Shown here: positions 15,888-30,394 of the stretch, one piece after another | Position numbering within the stretch: the first letter of the stretch is position 1 | Layout of the letters: each line of letters begins with the position of its first letter | Source: the human T2T-CHM13v2.0 reference genome, Homo sapiens | Direction: 5' to 3' (one strand) | DNA: 64,000 nt | NCBI RefSeq assembly: GCF_009914755.1 | Contig: NC_060948.1 | Position numbers and translations under genes: made by a program | The notes under the pieces: model-generated | What the model was told of the DNA's origin: nothing | Database searches by the model: none | The model's input: the letters and a program-made list of their open reading frames with translations, nothing else

Positions 15888-16227
15888 ATGCAATTTGTTA
15901 GTCAGCTAAGTTTAAAAGCAATTGATTCCATTTTCTTCTCAAAGTTCTCATTTTTCTCCTATGCTTCATGGAGGTGGTATTAGAGTAATCTTACATTTTT
16001 ATATGTGGTACTTTAAATAGTGCCATATAGTGCTGGGGTTCCCACCTTTACAACAGTTCTATAGATATAGCAAATAGGAGTAAGCCCACAGATACAGCAC
16101 ACTTTAGAGCTACTTTTTCCCAATTGCAGCATTTATACTCTGCTGTCTCTGTACGCCTTTCCCTGTATCACCCTACTTTCCCTCTGCCCCCTTTGACAAA
16201 GAGCGCTCCAAGAAAACAGGCTGTTAC

Positions 16228-16420
16228 CTCCTCGAGCAGGCCTGCATAACAGAACGAAGGTCAAGAGATGCGTGGAAACGAATAGCCAGAAAGGTAAGTG
16301 GCTGCTGGGAAAGACTGCAGTCTCAGCACCCGGTCTCCCTTGGACACTGGAAAAGGCTTGCACTGCCACTGCTATACAGCAAGCCAGAGGCAAAGCTTGC
16401 AATTTGCTAAGGAGCTGCTA
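16228..16420 (-). other. Candidate non-coding exon inside the PPP1R12B-derived segment
   Basis: Long polypyrimidine tract ending ccttag|tagcag (tandem acceptors) and donor gag|gtaaca, in non-repetitive sequence on the same strand as the PPP1R12B exon. Confidence 0.45.
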
Positions 16421-17169
16421 CTAAGGAGGAGGAGAAGGAAGGGGAGGAGAAAAGGGAAAGAAGGCAAAATCTTGGGCCTCGGCAGAGCCAATGCTGCTAA
16501 TAGTTCCCAAAATAACATTCAATTAGATACATGTTTTATACACTGTACCAAACCAATCAATACTACTTCTCATTTGACAGGGAGGGGAGAGAGAGAAATT
16601 ATTCCTCATGTGAAAGAAGACAGAGCAAAGAGAGATGCAGCATTCTCATTCTGGATCCTATTTCATCTGCCCTTGAGCTACCCTAGTTGCTGCATCCATC
16701 CAACTGAGCTGTAAATACTGCCTCACTTGAGGCTCAGGCATAGCCAGCTGGCAAATGCCAACAGCTGTGAAGAGACAGATAGATAAAAAAGGAACACCTG
16801 ACACACAGAAATGCAGGAACAAATTTCATATCTGCTATAAATGGGATAAACCTAGATAGATAAAGAGTTTACATACCACTCAATTTGATAAGCTAGCTAC
16901 AGATCAGGAAGATTTCCAGGTCTAATATGTGTCACATATCAAAATATGATCTGATTTCATAGTTTAGGACAATTGCATTCAAATGCTCATGTGCCATTTT
17001 TGGCCTCTCTAATCTGACACTGAGATCAGAGCTCATGTTTAAGCAACGAATCAAAGCTACAATTCCATTAAGAATTTTTTAAGAAAGAATTTCCCTCAGC
17101 CAAACTAAGCATTTCTTAAATCTAGACCTATAATTAACTGGCCCCAAATGTCAAGAGTGCTGAGTTTGC

Positions 17170-17425
17170 AGGGGGTGAAGTCAGCAAATTTTGTCTGTAA
17201 AGGGCCAAACAGTAAATCTTTCAGGTTTTGCAGGCCTACTCAACAGCTCTGTTGTGAGGCCAAAGCAGTCACAGACAACACATAAATGAATGGGCAAGGC
17301 TGTGTGACTACTGCTTGCTGTGCTACACCAGCAGAAGGGAGCAGCTGCAACAGAAACCATGTGGCTTGAAAAGTCTAAAATATTTATTATCTGGTCCTTT
17401 GCAGAAAACATTTGCTGATCCCTGC
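17170..17425. mobile_element. MER58
   Basis: gtcagcaaattttgtctgtaaagggcc...tatctggtcctttgcagaaaacatttgctgatccctg. Confidence 0.75.
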
Positions 17426-17849
17426 TCTAGACGCTAAGTTATATATCACCAAGCTATGGCTCAGAGAAGTCCTTTTGCTTTAGAGAAAGTGTGAGTCTGG
17501 TGTTTCTGTGACCTACCTTAGATAACTACTATATCATCTTGAATTCTTTTCCATGTGAACATTTGTTCCATTAAAAACATGCCAGCCTCAGTGCCAAAGC
17601 CACTTGCACAATGACAATGCTTTTACTTATGTAGGTCACTCTACAGTTAATTCACTGGTCAGAACAAGTGTTACTGATGGTAAGAATGGCAGATTCAAGC
17701 ACCAACAAGGCCAGTGAGTGCTGCTTTATTTCACACACATCAGCTATACCAGCTGGACCTGGCCAACTGTCTCAAATATTTATCATTTACTACAAAGTAG
17801 ACCAAGACAAATTCAGCACCACCACTAATTTTTTTTAATAAGATAGCCC

Positions 17850-18885
17850 AAGAAACTAAACACACAAAATGTATATGGAAATAACCTATATATCAAACAA
17901 TAAGGGGAATGGTTAAATAAAGAAAGTTCATATGATAAAATATTATAGACATTAAAAGACAAACTAAAAAGTACCATATATATGTAAGTTCCAAAATATT
18001 CATATCTGGAATATATAAAAAACTTTTACCCATTTTTTTAAAAAGAACCAACCTAATGACAACAACAAAATCAACAAAATACATAATCAGGAAATTCACA
18101 AAAAAGGAAACCAGAAAAGCATATAAACATAAGAGAAAATGTTGTTTCACTAGTAATAAAAAAAATGCAAATTAAAATGAGAAATGATTTCATCTTCCTT
18201 AGATTACCAAAAAAGCAGCAACAAAAAAAAAAAAAACAAAAACATTTTAAGTCTAACCTAGTTGTAAAGAATTAGAAACTCACATACATTGCTGGTGAGA
18301 GTGAAGAGGAGAGCAATCAGGCAGTGTCCAGTGAGATGCACTTACCCTATAGACCCAGAAATTCCATTTGGAAATAAATACTGTTGAGAAACTCTTGCAC
18401 GTTTGTGTCAAGAAACATGAACAAGAATGTAAACAGCAGCATCATTAGTATTAGGGGAAGAAAAAAAAAGACCTAAACACCTAAATGTCCATCAGCACAG
18501 GAAAAAAACAAAAACAAACTGTGGTATAATGGTACAATGGACTAAACTAAGCATTTAGAGTGAACAGACAGAATGCTAAGTGACAAGAGCAAGTTTCAGA
18601 ATGATGTGTGCAGGTTATACCATTTATATAAAGTATTAAAACATGTAAAAGAATTATATAAGTATGCAAATGAAAAATAATAGTAATAAAAATTTGAGAA
18701 TGATAAATAGCAAATTCAGGATAGTGATTAATTTTAGGGAGAGAGTCAAGAGATGAGACTGAGGAGAGATACACAGGAGCTTAGCTATATTTTATTCTTA
18801 ATAACTGAAGCAAATATGGCAAAATATTGGGATTTGATCAGACCAGAAGATGGAGAGATTGGGTGTTTGTGATATTTAGTAACTT
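17850..18885 (+). mobile_element. Old L1M(E) 3' region
   Basis: Degenerate L1 ORF2 end and 3'UTR motifs (atgcaaattaaaa, attgctggtgagagtg, cctaaatgtccatca). Confidence 0.65.
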
Positions 18886-18886
18886 T

Positions 18887-19202
18887 TTGTTTTCATTTTT
18901 TTTTTTTTTTTTGAGATGAGGTCTTGCTCTGCCACCCAGGCTGGAGTACAGCTGGCATGATCATAGCTCACTACAGCCTCAAGTGGGCTCAAGTGATCCT
19001 CCCACATCAGCCACTTGAGAAGCTGGGATTACAGGCACAGGCTCCCATGCCTGGCTAAATTTTTTTTTTCTTTATAATTCTCTGTAGAGATGAGGTCTCA
19101 CTATGTTGCCCAGGCTTGTCTCCAACTCCTGAGTGCAAGTGATCCTCCCACCTCTGCCTCCCAAAGTGCTAGTATTACAGGCATAAGCCACTGCACCTGG
19201 CC
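18887..19202 (-). mobile_element. AluJ
   Basis: Reverse Alu dimer. Confidence 0.92.
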
Positions 19203-20856
19203 AATAATCTTTTAAAAGAAAAAGCCATACACAGCATGATCTCAAAATAAATAAAATATATAAAGATGTTAGCAGTGATATTGCTGATGGTAAGAATACG
19301 GGCAATTTTTATTTTCTATTTAAAATACAGTTATTGTGGGAAATTTTGTAAACTTTTTAAAAGGTTAGAAACTTTTAACTTTGAAAAATGATCATTAATA
19401 TTTAAAGGACTGTTCCAAACAGTAAGATATACATAAAAGAGATGTATTTGTATTTCACACTTTTTTTTATTACCATAGTTCAAAGTGATATAGAAAGCAC
19501 AGGTACTCCTCAGTATATGCTAAATACTAAAGGAAGCTAAATATGCCAGAAAAAAATTGGTCGGCCATAGGGGGCAAAGAGACAGAATAGAGGTCGGATG
19601 TGGTAGAAAAAGGAGTTCTAGCTTGCATAAGTAGGCAATCAGGAAAAGACCTGTGTTAGCATAGGTGGACTCTCTGTATTACGACCAGTAGATTCACAGA
19701 CTCGCCTACTCTCACCAACTCCTAGAAATCGGTCTCCAGCTCCTGTAATCACTAGGATGGCCTCCAATGGGGGAAAAGGGTGGTATCTGGGGAAGCAGAA
19801 AAGCTCTTAGACCTGTGGTTCTTAACCTTTATTGAAATCTAACCCATCTTTAACAATCAGATAAGAAATGCAATCTCCTACCCCTAAAAAAGCACTTACG
19901 TATACACAAAATTTGGCTAGCAATTTCAGGGATTTCTGAACTTTCCATTAGCTCAGATTATGAAGGAAAGGATCTAGAAAGAAAGAACTCCCTAAAAGAC
20001 CTAAATTCGATTTATCTTCAGAGAAAGCCTCTAAAATAAGTCCATTATTTTCACTTTCCAATTACCCTACTTTGCAGATGAATCCAATTCCTTTAAGACT
20101 CAGTGGCATATTTTTTTTTCTTTTTTGAGTCAGGTTTCCTGAGGTAAGTTTACATATGGTAAAATTTGTCCTTTTTAGCAAATAGGTCTGTGAGTTCAAG
20201 TTTTGACAAATGCATAAAGTCTCTGTCACTGTAATCAAGATACAGAACAATTCTGTCACCCTCCAAAACTCACTCATGCTACTTGGTAGTCACCCCAGTC
20301 CTAGCCTAAGGAAAATTTTTTTTAACTTTTATTTTTTATTTATTTATATAGGTAAACTCATGTCACAGAGTTTGTTGTGCAGATTATTTCATCAGCCAGG
20401 TACTAAGCCTACTACCCAATAGTTATTTTTAAAACTCACTGTTGAAGAAACACATTGACATTTTCTCACACTAGAAAGTAATATATAAACCAACAACTGC
20501 CTTAGCTCATTAAGTCAGATGTTGGCCACTATACTAAACTGTAGATTATAACAAAAAAAGTGCTATTCTACCCACAACTAACCACCATTCTCGAAGTTCT
20601 AGGAAGGTAGGGACTACTCTTCATCATTACATCATTAAAATTTAGCATTGTGCCTACCCTTTATTTGGTACTCTAAAACAATTATTGAACTGAATTAAGG
20701 TTATGGATGAAATTCAGAATCTGAGCTATTCAGTTTTGTTTTAGAGTTGACCCTAATTCTCTACATATTTATTTACCATTTTTAAAGTTTGGTCAACAGT
20801 GTATTGGTTCATGCGCTCATTTTGTTCATTCTATTCAACCAGTTTCCCATTTTACC

Positions 20857-21135
20857 TTTCTTTTCTTTTTTTTGAGACAGAGTCTTGCTCTGTCACCCAG
20901 GCTGGAGTGCAGTGATCACTGCAACCTCTGCCTCCTGGGTCTAAACGACTCAGCCTCTCAAGTAGCTAGGACTACAGGCAGGCACCACCATGCCTGGCTA
21001 ATTTTTTGTATTTTTAGTACAGACGGGATTTCACCATGTTGGCGAGGCTGGTTTCGAACTCCTGACCTCAGGTGATCCGCCCGCCTCAGCCTCCCAAAGT
21101 GCTGGGATTACAGGCATGAGCCACCATCCCCAGCC
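20857..21135 (-). mobile_element. AluS
   Basis: Reverse Alu dimer with small deletions. Confidence 0.93.
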
Positions 21136-21351
21136 ACCACTTTACCCTTCTTTACCTATTCCAAATCTCTGTTCTGAAGCAAGATCTTGTAAGGGAGTTG
21201 GACATATTAAGTACTGATAATTAAAATTTAAGACAAAAATTGCCACAAAGAGATAGCTCTGGAGAGGAAATCTGAGGAGTATCAGGAATAAAATATTGCA
21301 AGGGGATGATCTGGGCAGAATCTAAAGAGAATAAGAGACTTCCTAGAAAAC

Positions 21352-22978
<1,627 letters not shown>

Positions 22979-23833
22979 TTATCCTATATTAAGGAAGGAT
23001 TTCAGACTCTGCTCAATGTGCTTCAAAGCTCACCGAGGCATCAGCTAAGAAAGATGCTGTTGTTCTCCTTAACACTCTCATTCAGGCCTCTTTTCCTTAG
23101 ATGCACAATCAGTGGTGTACCAGGAAAGATGACTAAGAGAAACATCGTGGTCACAATCAAGATTAATGCCAGAATAAGCAGCGAACACTTGGAAATCAAA
23201 AGGGAGCATTTTTCAATGCCCTCAAATTCTGTCTTCAGTTCCTGGATTCAGTAATGGTTTTGAAGATCCATCCAACCTCTAGAGGAACCATGGGCCCTTA
23301 GGAGGTAAACACCTACACTTAATCCTGGTTCAACAAAGCTTTCTCTTGACAAATATGATGTCTGTGATCGTGAGCTTCTAAGCAATCTGCACAAAGCATA
23401 ACCTGAAAACCTATAAAAGGGAGATGAGTAGGTATGAGGGAAATAATTTTCCACATTTTTTCTTGGGAAATTCAAAAAATTGTGATGGTGGGAAAATGTG
23501 CAGAAGAAGACAGCATATTAAAAGTCCTCATCAGGTGATTTTTACCACCAGAGTTTTTAATCCCAGCTATGAGATCTCCAAATAAAAACCAGAAGTTACT
23601 TCACTGCATCTATCCATGATTTATTGTACAATATTTTGTCTATCACAGTGAGGGGTCTTCACTGAGGATCTTCCCATTAAACATATAAAGATAAAGAAAG
23701 GAAAAGGTAAAATAGCAACTCCATGAAATCATAAGATAAAATGTAGAAATATTCATCTTCTCACATCAATTGCATTTTTGTACATATATGAATGTGTATC
23801 TACCCATAAAGCTAATATATTCAAAATAAATCA

Positions 23834-24178
<345 letters not shown>

Positions 24179-24464
24179 TCACATATGGTGCAGACATTAC
24201 TTGTTGGAGTGGAGTGGGTGCGGCTCTGTCCTTGTAAAGTAGGAAGAGCAATCAGTGCCCTGGATTGTGTGTAGGGAACCCATTCGTACACAAATAAAGA
24301 GGCAATCAGGGCTTCAGCCTAGCAATACTGAGGCTTGCACGGGGCTTTCGAAAGCAGTAGAAATGGCCTGTAAAACTGAATGCTAGATGGGCTTGTAACA
24401 ATAAAAGATCTGTCCAGGGATAACAGCAGTTCTGATAGGAGCCCCTGACTATACCCTGCCTCAG

Positions 24465-24950
24465 CAAAATGTAGACAAATAAAGAAAAAATAATTCAAGA
24501 GAAATAAAATTTAAAAATAAAGCAATTGGAAAATAGTAAGGGCAAATAAAATAAACTGAAACAAAATAGAGAAAAGTAAAGAAAAATATAACTAAGATTA
24601 GTGAAAATAAAATCAAGATGAAGATAAACAGTAAATACAATAAAATTGAGAAATAAGAAAATTTTAAGAATAAGAAGAGACAAGTGAAAGTAAAAAAGAA
24701 ATGCAGAGAAAAATAAAATAACAAAGAGATATGCATGGAAATAAATAAAAGAAACAAGAAATTGAATAAAATTACAAACGACAAAAATCTAGAAAATTTG
24801 AAATTGAGACTATAATGAAAAAACAAAAAATAAAAAATGAAGTAAAATTAAATTAATAGAAAAAATGAAAGTAAATAAAAATAAAGAGAAACAAGATAAA
24901 AACAAAGACAAATGTACAGAAAAATAAAAGATTAAAAAGAAAAATAAGAT
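24465..24950. repeat. A-rich low-complexity tract (~480 bp)
   Basis: Degenerate GAAAATAAA/AAATAAAG-type units with very few C. Confidence 0.85.
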
Positions 24951-25343
24951 CTAGGGATAATCTACAAAACATTTCACGCAACGATAGCATAATACATAAT
25001 ATTTCTAATTACATACAGTTTATTTCCTAAGATAGGCAAACTTCTTAGCTAGCATGCAAGTTTTAGCATATTTGAACAAATGGTTATAAAAAAGTATTAC
25101 TTCTGACTACAGTAAAATATAACTGGAGGTTCAAAACCAAAAGAAAGCTAGCATGTCTGCATGTATATGAAAAGTAGACAAATTCTTCCGCACGCTATTT
25201 TAAAAGAGTTAGAACATGCACGTTTCTTTAGACGTTTATGGTATTCAAAATGATCTACAGATCAATGAGACCTCTTTCAAAAAACCAATGGTAGTTTTTC
25301 CAGAAGTACTAAAATATTCTGAAGTGTTGGCATCAATATTTGG

Positions 25344-25618
25344 CTGTGTCACCCAGGCTAGAGTGCAGTGTCCTAATCATGGCTCACTGCATGTAGCCTT
25401 GAGCTCTGAAGTTCAATTGATCCTCCCACCTCTGCCTCACAAGTAGCTGGGCCTGCAGGTGCATGCCACCACGGTCAGCAAGATTTGGGGGTTTTTGTAG
25501 AGACAGGGTTTCACCATATTGCCAATGCTGGTCTCAAACTTTCTGGACTCAAGCAATCCACCTGCCTTGACTTCCCAAAGTTCTGGGATCACAGGAGTGA
25601 GCCACCAAATATTGCCCT
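25344..25618 (-). mobile_element. Diverged AluJ
   Basis: ctgtgtcacccaggctagagtgcagtg...gtgagccacc. Confidence 0.85.
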
Positions 25619-25850
25619 ATAATTTTTATAAATGCTCAAAAACCACAAATAGACAAACAACCTGGGAAAATATAATAAAGTCAGAGTCATATATTTTTTT
25701 ATTTTAAAACATATTGCAAAGTTACAGTAATCAAACAGTGTGGTGCTGGGAAAAAGACAGAAAAATAAATGTTGAAAGAGATAAGAGAAGCCAGAAAGTA
25801 ACCCACATGCGTATACTCAGCTTATCTTAAACGACGGTTGCAAATCCTCA

Positions 25851-28800
25851 TGTTGCAGAACGCTTTCCTTACATCAAAAAAAATTGGGTTCTGGTCACAT
25901 GACTAGAATATATTAAGTCAGGGACGCTCTGAAGGATGAGGAGTAGAGTTGATTGGGGAAAATGGAAAAAAAAAAAAGAAGAAGAAGAAGAAAACTTTTA
26001 ACAAAATGAGTTGGAGACCTGTTTACAGGCCCCCACCTCCCAAATTGATGAACACCAGACCATCACAGGAAACTGAAGAGTCCAGGCTTCTCCTCCCTGC
26101 ACAAGAGGTGAACTTTCCATGGCTCCACTCTCTTCCCCAGTTGTGCAGGTGGATATTACTGAGAGAAAATCAGTTGGAAAAAGGAAGGCTTTATCTGGGG
26201 CCAACAGTCTGATTTTTCAGACTTCAGGCTGTTTTAAGCTTGAATGTGTGGTTTTGCCAAGGACCCTTGGCTCTTTTCTAACTCGTTATTTCCCCCCTTT
26301 AAATGAGTACATCTGACTGCCATTAGAAGAAGGATAAGGATTAGGACAAAAACAACTTTTAAGTGCTTCCTGCTGAGAGGGGGCACTTTTTTTTTTGGAA
26401 AAAAATGGCAATCAGATCTCACTAAGAGGCCTATCTAATTGTCCCCAGTGAAATGGGCCACTGTTCAAGGCTCTGGTTGAGTGACTTTTTGAACTTTGGT
26501 AGGCTAAAAATAAAAAGAATCAAACTGGGTTATTAAAAAACATGTACTGAAATGAAACAAGGGGCAAATGGCAAGGTCAGCTCAAAATTTCCAAGGTCTT
26601 TTCCCTTGAAAAGGGAAGGTCTTTTCCCATAGAAAGAGGAAGGACAAAAACTCCAATGGAAGAAAAAAAAAATTGTTTGGCCAGCATGTCAGTCTTCTGG
26701 GTTCTTTTGCCTTGAGTTCGATCCTAAGCAAACAAGTCTAAATTTTGGGAAATTAACTCTTCCAGGCTTTGAGGATGCATCTGAGGAAAGTGTCCCATAG
26801 TATGAAGACATGATTACCTATCTGTAAATAGAGGACAGAGGAGAAAGAAAAAACAAAAAACATTATTTTCAGAGAAGTCCCAAGGGTTTAGTTTGCATTC
26901 AAAAGGCACATAGACTGAAGACAAATGGCTACTCATCTAGAAAGAGAGAAGCAGTTGTCCCTGGTTCCTTTCTCTTTCTTGCAAATTTCCAGGGTATGTT
27001 GAGGGATAGGAGAAAAAATCTTCTCTTTCCTGCTCCTATTCTTCTATCCCCGAGTCCCAGTGATTGTAACAAGGTCCGTCCATGGGTGTCAAAGCAGCTT
27101 TCACCCATGTTAACGGAGAGAACTAGGGTGGTTGAAATGTCTGCTCTTACCCACGTATGCCCTATCTACTCTGCTGTCAGTAGTTCTGGAGTTCACTAGA
27201 CTTTATTTATGCCAAGGACACTAGCATAATCTTTATCGATGAAATGGGAGGCTTGGCTTAATTGTCTGGAATTTGTCATGCTCACCTGCACTGTGCCTTT
27301 TATCCTCCATTATCATCTCCTTCTGGATTTCTCAGATCCGGTGTTATTTCCTAGGGCTTCAACCTGAAGCTTGAAACTGAGGTTGGGACAAAAATGTGGC
27401 TCAGGGATTTGCATGGACTCCATATAGTTAGCTGAATTTTTAGATGAAGCTGTGGGATTGAGTCCTCTTTCCACGAGGGAGAGAAATAATGTCTTGTAAC
27501 ACACCCAGATATCTCGTGGCTCTAGTTATGCTTGCTAAGATTTGGGTGGGCACACTATTTATTCCCATAACAATGCAGGGTTTGCAGGATAATTGCCCAG
27601 AACTAGAATATTAATCCAGATTTTTACCAGTTTCTTTTCATTTCTTCTGAGCTGCAGTTGAATATCACTAATTGGCTTACAAGAATAAGCCGGTTTGTTC
27701 TAAAATGTAGGAAAAATGCAAATCTAATGAGTTTAGGATTTAATGACAACCATATAATTAGTTTTGACAAATAATCTTTTCCATTCAGTTCTTTTGTTGT
27801 TGTTGTTAGAAACAAATAATGATAGAACTGAGTTCTTTGTGAAATCAGCTTTAGTCGTATGCTTGGATTCATTATTTACATAAAGCACAGCAAGAAAAAT
27901 TATTCCTACATAGTTATTTTACATTGGCTTTAATAGAACTCTTCCACAAGAAATTTCAGAGAGGACTTTCTGAAGTCAAACCCAGCCATGGTTTTGTACC
28001 ATCAGTTAGTTATGAGTTGGGTTATCCTCTTCTCTTATGGTCCCAAAATAAACTTGGAGCCCCTGGGCCTGTCCAAAGTGTCATTCTTTACTTACCACAG
28101 ATCTGGAACCCTGCACAAGGACTCTGTAGATAAGGTATAAGGCCAGTTTATCCAAGGGGCTATTATTGGCTCTGCAAGTTGAGCTTGACTGCTTAAAGGG
28201 AAGCAGAACTTTTCAATCAAGGCCTTGATAAAACAACCAGTTTCTCTAACTGTGTCCTGTTGCAAATAAAATAGACTATTATTACACTGATTCAAACAGC
28301 TATATTGCCATAAGTTAAGAACACTCATAACTATTTTTCAAATTCTGAAGAAGCCAGGAAGAGAGAGATAAACATGATTCAAATTTTCTTCACAGGAGTA
28401 CACCTTACTCAAATATTAAAGGCTGTAAACAGCTCAAAATAAGTTTCCTTGACTATGGTAAACAATACATGAGTCAGTAATGTTACAAGCAAAAATAGGA
28501 AAGATTACTTCATGTTTCTATCAGTCCAGTCCATTCAGTTAACTCTTGTTTTGTTTAATATTCATAAACATTTTAGCTCTTCATGGGTCCTGGTAGGTTT
28601 TTCCTGTATTCCTGTCACAGCTCCAAAGTTTTCAGAAGCCTGCATTTGTGAGCACCAGTCAAAGTTCTATAGCTGATTAAAAAACATTTTTGGAAAAATG
28701 TCAAAACCAGATGACAATTGTCTGTGTTTAACAAAACATCCAGAGTAGTTACAGTCAGAAAGATGATTGACAAAAATTTTGGTTATGTCTATGGTTTGCA

Positions 28801-30232
28801 ATAACTTAACATAACAGCATTAATTGTGGTTGACAGCATATATGTCAGACATTAGAATTTTAGAAATTCCATACAATTTAGGAACATGTATTAGTATTAT
28901 TCATGAAAATGCCATCTAAAGAATATTGAAAACCATTTTTGGGATTCCTTGTAACTAAACACGTTGTATGATCCTGTATAAAGCTCTCGTGGATACTCCA
29001 GGCACCCTCTTTAGCATTCAAAAACCAGGAATTAGGAAAGACCATTTTGTAATCAAAGTTTGATTTTGAGAAGGATATTACATGTTAGGAGTTTGAAATG
29101 CTTGATGTTATAAAATAAAATTCCAGATTACCATAAATTATTTATTTAACGAAAATAATGACCTATAAATAAAAAAGCAGAAACTTTTACATTATTTAAA
29201 AATTTTCCTTCAGAGCAGATTAGTGCCTTAAGAGTACTTTTTGTGCTTTCATTTCAATGCTCAATTTACAAAAAAACAAAAAACAAAAACAAAAAAACAT
29301 ATAATATCCTCTTGAATTTAATTGATATTCACACACAGAATTTCTTGGAAAGATTTATTTTTACAATTCTTCCATAACTTGTTTGAACTTTCAGCTTTAT
29401 CATCTGTAATTCAAAACGGTTGTTTGATCCTAGGCAAGAATTTATATTTGCATGCCTTCTTATAATGTTGTATTAAAAACACATTTTACCGTCCTTACAC
29501 ACCTTGTCTGGAAATGTACTTCCAGTGGTTTCAATTACATATTATCATGGTAAATTTTAGCAATTTTAACTTTAATGTAAAGCCAGGTAAATTGTCCTAA
29601 TTATGTGCTAGGAGCAGCCATAATTAAGGGTGTGTTTAGTTCCATTTTTCCTCAGGCTTGACCAATTGTGAAGCAAAGTTGAACTGTTTTCAAAAACCAA
29701 AAAAGCAGTTATAACCTTAAAACATTCAGCAAACCTAGTATCTGACCTGCATAATTTAGTCCACCTACTCACATATTGATGACATTTGTGTTTTACTGAT
29801 AATCTTAAGGCTGTTTTTATTTCTCAAGCATTAAAGTCATGTGAACTAAAACATACACATCTTTCATCTTTCCTTCAAAAATATTTGATCCAAGTGCTTA
29901 TCATTTTTTCAGTAAATTTATTGGAGCTCTTTTACACACATACAGGCAGAAGAAAAACCCAGTACCTATAAGATTTTAAATCTGCCAATTTCCTGATTGA
30001 ATTACTGGCCTCTCATGCATCCATTTTTTTCTTTGCTTGTGTCCCCTTCCTTGACATTTCCATGGCTCCACCTCCTTTTCCCAGTGCGCGTGTGGGCATT
30101 ACTCAGAGAGAAACAGTCAGGAAAGGGCCGATTTTATCTGAAATCAGCAGTTCAATTTATCAGCCTTTAGGCTGTTTTAGGCTTAAAAGTGGAGTTTTGG
30201 CCAGGACTCTTGACTGTCTCCTGTCTCTATTA
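25851..30232 (-). mobile_element. Deleted ERV1 provirus, LTR9/HUERS-P3-like (3' LTR ~25851-26290, partial 5' LTR ~30055-30232)
   Basis: Homologous LTR segments at 26114-26290 and 30057-30232, a polypurine tract (PPT) aaaggggggaa on the minus strand next to the left LTR, and a 4-bp TSD ctca (25847-25850, 30233-30236). Confidence 0.75.
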
Positions 30233-30394
30233 CTCAAAATGAGAAAAGGTCCCTTGGCTATCTCTGGTCTCTATCACTTTACATGAAAAAAGAACAGTTT
30301 ATTTAACAAATGAGGTAGAGAATACTGAATACTCAAACAAAAAAACAATTTTTGAACCTTACCACAAGGATGAACTTAAAATGAAACAGGACTT

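Noticed and set aside
24461-24826. Hydrophobic 121-aa membrane-protein-like ORF
   Set aside because: It is the reverse complement of the A-rich low-complexity tract.
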